Assembly (NCBI GenBank): GCA_963710605.1
Contig: CAVQBA010000001.1
Location: 128,001 to 192,000, forward strand
Direction: 5' to 3'
Source: an uncultured cyanobacterium
Lineage (GTDB): Bacteria; Cyanobacteriota; Cyanobacteriia; Cyanobacteriales; Cyanobacteriaceae
Length of the DNA stretch: 64,000 nucleotides
Shown here: positions 57,029 through 64,000 of the stretch, one piece after another
Position numbering within the stretch: position 1 is the first letter of the stretch
Layout of the letters: each line of letters starts with the position of its first letter
Program-made: the position numbers and the translations under genes
Notes under the pieces: generated by a model
The model's database searches: none
What the model saw: only the letters and a program-made list of their open reading frames with translations
Told to the model about the DNA's origin: nothing

Positions 57029-58876
57029 GTGAGCAAAAATAACAAAAAATGGCGTAATGTAGGACTCTATGCAATTTTAGCAGTAGTGGTAGTAGCTTTG
57101 GGGACAGCGTTTTTAGACCGTCCACAAACTAATCAACTAAGCTGGAAATACAGTGAGTTTGTCAATGAAGTTGAAACAAATAAAGTAGAAAGAGTAAATC
57201 TAAGTGCCGATCGTTCTCAAGCGATCGCAACTTCTAGAGATGGACAACGTTACTTAGTTAATTTACCAAACGATCCAGAATTAATTGATATTTTATCTGA
57301 GAATAAAGTTGATATTTCCGTCTTACCTCAAAGTGATGACAGTTTTTGGTTGAGAGCATTAAGTAGCTTATTCTTCCCTGTATTGTTGTTAGTCGGTTTG
57401 TTTTTCCTTCTACGTCGTGCATCTAGTGGCCGTGGTTCACAAGCGATGAACTTCGGTAAATCGAAAGCACGGGTACAAATGGAGCCTCAAACACAAGTAA
57501 CTTTTAGTGATGTAGCGGGTATCGAACAAGCTAAATTAGAATTAACTGAGGTTGTTGACTTCCTTAAAAATGGCGAACGTTTCACAGCCATTGGTGCCAA
57601 AATACCTAAAGGTGTCTTATTAGTAGGACCTCCCGGAACTGGTAAAACCCTTCTAGCTAAAGCAGTTGCTGGTGAAGCTGGTGTACCTTTTTTCAGTATC
57701 TCTGGTTCTGAATTTGTCGAGATGTTTGTCGGTGTTGGTGCTTCTCGTGTTCGTGATTTATTTGAGCAAGCAAAACAAAACGCCCCTTGTATCGTCTTTA
57801 TTGATGAGATTGATGCAGTTGGTCGCTCTCGTGGTGCTGGTTTAGGTGGTGGTAATGATGAAAGAGAACAAACTCTTAACCAATTACTTACCGAAATGGA
57901 TGGTTTTGAAGGCAATACAGGTATCATCATCGTTGCGGCAACAAACCGTCCTGATGTATTAGATTCAGCTCTTCTACGTCCGGGAAGATTCGATCGTCAA
58001 GTAGTAGTCGATCGTCCTGATTATTCTGGTCGTGCCGAAATCCTTAATGTACACGCTCGTGGCAAAACTTTATCCGCTGATGTCGAGCTAGAAAAAATTG
58101 CTCGTCGTACCCCCGGATTTACAGGTGCAGATTTATCTAACTTACTCAATGAAGCCGCTATTTTAGCCGCTCGTCGTAATCTAACTGAAATCTCGATGGA
58201 TGAAGTTAATGATGCGATCGATCGTGTTGTAGCAGGGCCAGAGAAGAAAAATCGCATGATGAGTGACAAACGTAAGAAATTAGTCGCTTATCACGAAGCA
58301 GGACACGCTTTAATCGGTGCTTTAATGCCTGATTATGATCCGATTCAAAAAATTAGTATTATCCCCCGTGGACGTGCAGGTGGTTTAACTTGGTTTACTC
58401 CTAGTGAAGACCGTATGGAGTCGGGTTTATACTCTCGTACTTATTTACAAAACCAAATGGCAGTTGCTCTCGGCGGACGTATCGCTGAAGAAATTATCTT
58501 TGGTGAAGAAGAAGTAACTACAGGTGCATCTAATGATTTACAACAAGTTGCTCGTGTTGCTCGTCAAATGATTACTCGTTTTGGTATGAGTGAGCGTTTA
58601 GGACCTGTTGCTTTAGGTCGTCAAAATGATAACATGTTTATGGGGCGTGATATAGCTTCCGATCGTGACTTTTCTGACCACACAGCGGCAACTATTGATG
58701 AAGAAGTGACTCAATTAGTTAATCGTGCTTATGACAGAGCGAAACAAGTTTTAACCGAAAACCGTGATGTATTAGATAAATTAGCTAATATGCTCGTTGA
58801 GCAAGAAACTGTTGATGCTGATGAGTTACAAATCTTGTTAAGTAACAACGATGTCAAAATGGCAACTATTTCTTAA
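57029..58876 (+). CDS. ftsH: ATP-dependent zinc metalloprotease FtsH (FtsH3-like)
   Basis: [10 protein letters not shown] start, [21 protein letters not shown]. Confidence 0.96.
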   Translation: MSKNNKKWRNVGLYAILAVVVVALGTAFLDRPQTNQLSWKYSEFVNEVETNKVERVNLSADRSQAIATSRDGQRYLVNLPNDPELIDILSENKVDISVLPQSDDSFWLRALSSLFFPVLLLVGLFFLLRRASSGRGSQAMNFGKSKARVQMEPQTQVTFSDVAGIEQAKLELTEVVDFLKNGERFTAIGAKIPKGVLLVGPPGTGKTLLAKAVAGEAGVPFFSISGSEFVEMFVGVGASRVRDLFEQAKQNAPCIVFIDEIDAVGRSRGAGLGGGNDEREQTLNQLLTEMDGFEGNTGIIIVAATNRPDVLDSALLRPGRFDRQVVVDRPDYSGRAEILNVHARGKTLSADVELEKIARRTPGFTGADLSNLLNEAAILAARRNLTEISMDEVNDAIDRVVAGPEKKNRMMSDKRKKLVAYHEAGHALIGALMPDYDPIQKISIIPRGRAGGLTWFTPSEDRMESGLYSRTYLQNQMAVALGGRIAEEIIFGEEEVTTGASNDLQQVARVARQMITRFGMSERLGPVALGRQNDNMFMGRDIASDRDFSDHTAATIDEEVTQLVNRAYDRAKQVLTENRDVLDKLANMLVEQETVDADELQILLSNNDVKMATIS

Positions 58877-59329
58877 TCGTTAATTTGTTAATTCAGTTCA
58901 TTCAAAGTTTTGGGTTGAATGGTATTCAACCCCTACAATATTAAAGACAAGAACGATCGTTTTTTACCTTAATCGGAGAAGACGATCGTTTTTTTGTTTG
59001 AAATGTCTAAATAAATCTTTAGATATAGTCATTTCAACTGGCAACTAACACAGTAATTATACTATTTCAGATGTGAGTACCCAAACCGCCTTGAATTATC
59101 ATTACATAGCACTCGTGCAAAGGTAAAATTCTTATATGGTAAAGATGAGTGTTTTTATACCATGTCCTAACCAACTCATTTTCTGCTCTAGTTTATTTTA
59201 ATAAACGTCACCTGTTAGCCTTGACAATTCATTGCAAGGCGGATTATAGGTACAAAAATAGCAAATTTTATTCTTTTTCTTGCCTGTATTTTTTTCTTGG
59301 CTGTAAACCCATTCATTATTAAAAGTCGA

Positions 59330-59455
59330 AGGGTGCAAACCTTCTTGGTGGACGTTCCCTTCTTGGTGAGCGTTCCCTTGCGACTTGCCGTCGTCGCGGG
59401 GTCTCACCGCTTGCGTCTTACGCCGACGCGGGCTTCCACCGCTTGCACCCCTACA
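59330..59455. repeat. GC-rich nest of small repeats inside a REP-like hairpin
   Basis: AGGGTGCAA...TTGCACCCCT arms enclosing two 18-bp and two ~32-bp tandem units. Confidence 0.6.
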
Positions 59456-59511
59456 TTTATTAATTATTAATTCTCAATTCTCACCGAAGACGTGCTTCGA
59501 TAAGGGATTCA

Positions 59512-60972
59512 TCACGGGTTCTCAATTATCCGACTGCCATCTTGAAGATAATTAACACCTTTAACAGCGATCGTATCTTGTGGTTGAAGCCCTGACTTGA
59601 TTTCGATCGTGTTATTATCAATAATCTCCCCTAACTCCACTTGTTGAGCTTTCACCGTCTGATTGTCTTGAACTAGAAAAACCCGACCGATACCATTATT
59701 TTGAGGAATAACTGCCTCTATTGGTACAGTTAAACGAGCCGATGTAGTCGTAACAATATCCGCCTGAACAAACATACCGGGTTTTAAACCCGCACCTGTA
59801 GGTAAATCAACATTAATAATTGCCTGACGAGATTCTTGCTCAATCACAGGATTAATATCTCTGACAATACCTGTCAAATTTAAGTTAGGGTTAGCAGTTG
59901 TTGAAATCTGTACTTTTTGTCCTGCCGTAATATTTTGTAATTGAGTTTCAGGTACTTTTACCTCTAACTCTAAACGACCATTTTGAATAATAGTTAATAA
60001 TTCCCTGCCACTAGAACCTGATACAATATCGCCAACTCTGGCATTACGCTGGGCAATAATACCGCCGACAGGAGCAGTCACGATCGTATCTTTTAGTCTT
60101 GTTTTAATTAAATTTACCCTAGCTTGTGCTTCTGCTACACTAGCTTGTGATTGAGCAACCACCTCAACTCTCGCTCCTTGTTGTAGTTGTTGTAACTGTT
60201 GTTGGGCTTCTCTTAATCTAGCTTGATTTCTTTGTAAAGACGATCTTTTCACTAATTCATCATTAACCACTTCATCGAGTCTATCTCGAGAAATAGCACC
60301 TTCTGCTTGTAAAGTACGATTACGTTGTAGTCTTACTTTAGCCAAATTTAAGTCTGCTTGGGCTTGAGCGATTTCTGATTTGACTACATTAATGTTTTCT
60401 TTTGCCCTTGCTATCTCTTCAATTCTTGAACCTGCTTTTATTTCTGCTAACCTTGCTTGTGTTTGCTGTACCCCCGCTTGGGCTTGTCTTAATTCAGCTT
60501 GTAGCACAGCGTCATCTAAACGCATAACGACTTGTCCTTGTTTAACACTATCTCCTTCATCCACTAATATCGTCTTAATTTGTAAACTGTTGGCTTGAGA
60601 CATAACAGGTACTAATTCATAAGCTAAAACTGTTCCTGTTGCCTCTACTTTGCTCTCTACATCCATTACCTCAGCAGTAGCGGTGGTGATGCTTTGACTA
60701 ATATTTGTTGAGGTGGTTTCTGACACTACTGGGGTTGATGACTCAGAATTTGGTTGCTGTGGGTTGATAAAACTCATTGCCACGATCGTACCTACAATAC
60801 CAACAATCATTCCGATCAGCAAATTATAGCTTTTTTTCGCTGGTTTATCAGGTTGAGGTTGTTCAATCAAACTATTCTGTGTCTGAGTTGGCGTTGGGGA
60901 GTTTTGTTCAGAAACAGCAGAATTAGTATTATTATTAAAATTAGATTGCTCGATCGGGGGTTGCTGACTCAT
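59512..60972 (-). CDS. Efflux RND transporter periplasmic adaptor subunit
   Basis: TM helix, VDEGDSVKQGQ, coiled coil, APVGGII, LKPGMFV. Confidence 0.9.
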   Translation of the reverse strand: MSQQPPIEQSNFNNNTNSAVSEQNSPTPTQTQNSLIEQPQPDKPAKKSYNLLIGMIVGIVGTIVAMSFINPQQPNSESSTPVVSETTSTNISQSITTATAEVMDVESKVEATGTVLAYELVPVMSQANSLQIKTILVDEGDSVKQGQVVMRLDDAVLQAELRQAQAGVQQTQARLAEIKAGSRIEEIARAKENINVVKSEIAQAQADLNLAKVRLQRNRTLQAEGAISRDRLDEVVNDELVKRSSLQRNQARLREAQQQLQQLQQGARVEVVAQSQASVAEAQARVNLIKTRLKDTIVTAPVGGIIAQRNARVGDIVSGSSGRELLTIIQNGRLELEVKVPETQLQNITAGQKVQISTTANPNLNLTGIVRDINPVIEQESRQAIINVDLPTGAGLKPGMFVQADIVTTTSARLTVPIEAVIPQNNGIGRVFLVQDNQTVKAQQVELGEIIDNNTIEIKSGLQPQDTIAVKGVNYLQDGSRIIENP

Positions 60973-61459
60973 TTGTGGTATTTACTGTTAAATTAGTTTG
61001 AATCTGCAAAATTTTATACTTAGCAGTTGACTATTAATAAGATATAAGCACCATAAAAGAAACATTGAGATAATGTCTGAGTAACAAAGTAATTTATCTA
61101 ACAAACCGATTGTCAATTGTCAATTACTGTGTTTGTTTTCTTAAAAAGCAAATATTTTCAATCAACTTTTTTTTGTAAACTTTCATGTACTTATACTTAC
61201 TTATATTACACGAAAAAATTGGGGTTTGATGAATAAAAGGCGATCGTTTTCTATCTATAATTTGATAAGAATGAGTATTTAAAACTAAGAAAAGATCTTT
61301 GACGAGTTGAATTATCTAAAAAATAAGCAATTTAATATTAGACAAATTAGTAGGAAGAAGGAAGGAAAAAACAATCAGGAGATAGAAAGACAAGAAGTAC
61401 AAAAGTAAAAACGATCGACTATTAACCACTTGCCCATTGACGATAATTTATAGATTTTT

Positions 61460-61927
61460 TTATCCTTCAACCGTTTTGATATTTGTCTTAATAGAAGATA
61501 CGTTTTCATCCTCGTCCATAATTTCAGAAGGTTCGGTATATTCACCTGTCAAATGCTCACGTAAAAGAGCGGCGTTACGTAGATTCGCTTTGAAAGTAGC
61601 ATCAAAAATATCACCAAGAACAGGCACTGTACCGATAAAATAATCTAAAGCTGTATTCCCTGCCATACGTAAAATTTTACCATTAGGCATTTGCAGTTGC
61701 CATGCTTTCCAAATCATCCAAACAGAAGGAATTAAAACAAGTGTATCACCAGCCACAGGAACTAAACCAATAATAAAATCCCAACCGAAACGAAAAGGGG
61801 TAAAAGGAATACGATACTTGCCATCAAGAAGGCGGGCAACTCGTTCGACACTCTCTAATTCAGGATTTGTCGTAATTTTTTTTAGTTTGGTAGCAGAGGT
61901 GATTTTTGGTTGAATTTTTTTCTTCAT
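61460..61927 (-). CDS. DUF4112 domain protein
   Basis: LLD-RIP...RFGWD-IIGLVPVAGD; GTVPVLGDIFD-FKANLRN. Confidence 0.88.
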   Translation of the reverse strand: MKKKIQPKITSATKLKKITTNPELESVERVARLLDGKYRIPFTPFRFGWDFIIGLVPVAGDTLVLIPSVWMIWKAWQLQMPNGKILRMAGNTALDYFIGTVPVLGDIFDATFKANLRNAALLREHLTGEYTEPSEIMDEDENVSSIKTNIKTVEG

Positions 61928-62127
61928 CTTATTTACGGTGAGGTTTTGTCACCTTCTTATTATAATTTTTGCTCACACTTGACAAAACTACCAAAAGTAT
62001 GAGTTTTTGAAGAAAACAAACAGTGGAAAATAATTACTATAACCCACATTGAATTGGGTCATTCAATGCTGACAAAATTCGTTTAATGAATTAAACTTAA
62101 AAAAATCAAAAATATAATCGATCGATT

Positions 62128-62558
62128 ATGCCGTTATGGAGATTACATTATCATATTGTCTGGGCGACTAAAAACCGAGAAGAGTTAATTGAGCCATCAC
62201 AAGAAACTCTCTTTATACAATTATATCAAACATCGATCGTCAGAATTTGGTTGTATTGTTCGTGCCGTTAATGGTATGTCCGAGGATATTCATGTAGTTA
62301 TTTCTATTCCACCGACGATCGCGCAGTGCCACATCTTTGATGTGATCGCTGTTTGTGAATATATCAGAAAAATTAAAGCTGGTAGTTCGACTTTTTTAAA
62401 TAAAGTATCGACTGAAAAGTTCGCTTGGCAAAATGGCTATGGTGTTTTTTCTAAAGTGCAAAAATAATTTATCTAAGGCTATTAATTATGTTAAGAAACA
62501 AAAAGAACATCATCAAAATAGTACGATTGTTAAAGTTTTAGAAAGTAGTCAACCATAA
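62128..62558 (+). pseudogene. tnpA: IS200/RAYT-like Y1 tyrosine transposase, degenerate
   Basis: LHYHIVWATKNR, ED-IHVV (first His of HUH absent), KIKAGSS, FAWQNGYGVFS, YVKKQKEHH; two frameshifts and a 27-bp insertion. Confidence 0.75.
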
Positions 62559-62850
62559 TTTAGAAATGCAATTTTTAGTTCATGACAATGAACACTTCGA
62601 CTCTTGAGCGAGAGTGCGGGGCGACTCCTGTTAGCGATGACAATGTCAATTCAAGGTAGGTAAATAATTCAACATGGATGATTTAAAAATACTTATGTTA
62701 TTTTAGCTTTAATTCATAATCCCGCATTGAATGAAGAATTCAATGCTCACAAAACCCTTTCAATAAATTGAACTGTATCAAGATTGTTTTTCGTTCAATA
62801 TTTTGATACACTTAAATAGTACTTTCTTACTACAAAAGAAGTGGAAATTT

Positions 62851-63438
62851 ATGAATAGCAACATTCAAAAAATTAAACAGTTTTATTCTCAAGGTTATGA
62901 ACGCGTATATGACCAAGGAAAAGAATTAACTTTTACCCCTAAAAAATGGTCTTTTCATATTCATAACTTAGATTCAGAACTTGTCGAAGAATTATCAAAT
63001 GATGAACGGGTTGATGAACAGCTTGAGGAATATATCAATGCTTTAAGGTTTAATTTTGATTTAGAATTGATTTTAAACGGTATTAGCGGATTTGGTCTTA
63101 GAGACATTTTAGGGGAATATTTTGAAGATTTGGGAGGATATCGTTCGATAGCAGAAGTATCAAATGATACAACTGACTCTTTTGACTTTTATTACACGTA
63201 TGTGCAAGAAGAAGACTATGGAAATGTTTATGCTTTAACAATTATGGTAGAAGACCAAGAAACATTAATGATTAGAACTACTACAGATGGTAGTGACGGA
63301 TGGTTAGAAGTATTTGATGGACAAGGAAATTTTCTTGCATCTGCACGAACTGAAGGGTTTGGTATCGCTTGGAGAAGTTTAGATGAAGTTCGTGGATATG
63401 TTTTAGGAAAACCTCGGTATCCTGAAGAATTACAATAG
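62851..63438 (+). CDS. Hypothetical acidic protein
   Basis: ORF from ATG 62851; no recognised motif. Confidence 0.65.
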   Translation: MNSNIQKIKQFYSQGYERVYDQGKELTFTPKKWSFHIHNLDSELVEELSNDERVDEQLEEYINALRFNFDLELILNGISGFGLRDILGEYFEDLGGYRSIAEVSNDTTDSFDFYYTYVQEEDYGNVYALTIMVEDQETLMIRTTTDGSDGWLEVFDGQGNFLASARTEGFGIAWRSLDEVRGYVLGKPRYPEELQ

Positions 63439-63507
63439 ACATAGTATCGATCGTATCTCAATAGCAAAATACGTTTTTTTAGTTCATTGTCATGAACTAA
63501 ATTAAAT

Positions 63508-63824
63508 TCAAACAGATTTTTCTAATGTTTTTTCAATTAAATTATTAACGCTAATACCTTGTTGTTGAGCTAATTGTAAAACTCGATTGTGTAAATCTGA
63601 AGAGATAGAAATATTTAATTCTTTTTTAGAGGGTTTATTCGGTATTTTATTTGACTTTTGACAATCTTCTAAATATTCATCAATTACATTCTGAAAAGAT
63701 TCTTCTAACTCATCACCGAAACACCATCAAACATAATAATATCTTGGATATTTATTACTCTACCAACAAAAATACGATCGATTTGATCGTATTCAATAAC
63801 CGCTTCATATCCCTTATATTTCAT
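63508..63824 (-). CDS. hicB: HicB family antitoxin (one frameshift)
   Basis: MKYKGYEAVIEYD...FVGRVINIQDII-FDG...FQNVIDEYLEDC...LHNRVLQLA...SVNNLI. Confidence 0.8.
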
Positions 63825-64000
63825 CGTTCAATTCCTCCGCTAATTAAAAATTCACGAACAGCTTTCACTTGATACAATTTTAATTCTTTTTGCGGGTGAG
63901 GCGAGTGAATATTGAGAGAAACATTATTCAAGTCAAAACGAACTCTAGAGCCATTGCCTTCGGTAATTGTACCACCAAGAGCCTTAACTAAAGTAACTAC
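63821..64000 (-). CDS. hicA: HicA family toxin, 5' end outside the window
   Basis: LGGTITEGNGSRVRF...IHSPHPQKELKLYQVKAVREFL; ATGA overlap with hicB. Confidence 0.8.
   Translation of the reverse strand, partial: VVTLVKALGGTITEGNGSRVRFDLNNVSLNIHSPHPQKELKLYQVKAVREFLISGGIER

Noticed and set aside
57487-58269. Antisense ORFs within ftsH, and similar short ORFs inside sdhA, ggpS, dnaB, the NRPS and the RND gene
   Set aside because: Shadow frames of conserved genes with no independent coding signal.
1-64000. tRNA or rRNA genes
   Set aside because: None recognised in the intergenic regions.

Overview
AT-rich cyanobacterial chromosome segment with abundant HIP1 (GCGATCGC/CGATCG); gene content suggests a Cyanobacterium/Geminocystis-like organism. 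Housekeeping genes include crtR, rpaB, sigD, ribD, dnaB with two inteins, ggpS, dnaG, sdhA and ftsH. Accessory content is a stand-alone three-module NRPS with a coding tandem repeat, a TnpB element, an IS200/RAYT-like remnant, toxin-antitoxin pairs, many small repeats and a type I-D CRISPR-Cas locus (WYL regulator, accessory genes, cas10d-cas7-cas5-cas3-cas6, four-helix-bundle gene, cas4-cas1-cas2, 10-repeat array). The main unannotated feature is an 830-nt group II intron (51539-52368) with a deleted RT, inserted in the sense direction in the CRISPR leader. Its EBS1 and candidate EBS2 loops pair with the flanking leader, and its removal restores a leader motif (CCTT|ACGC) that occurs twice more upstream. 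The locus also shows a leftover second cas5d 3' end, suggesting an effector-module swap, and a four-helix-bundle gene bracketed by inverted heptamer arrays. Many small frameshifts, including one in essential dnaB, suggest assembly indel errors, so split genes are not called pseudogenes on that basis alone. All family assignments are from motif recognition by eye, without database searches.
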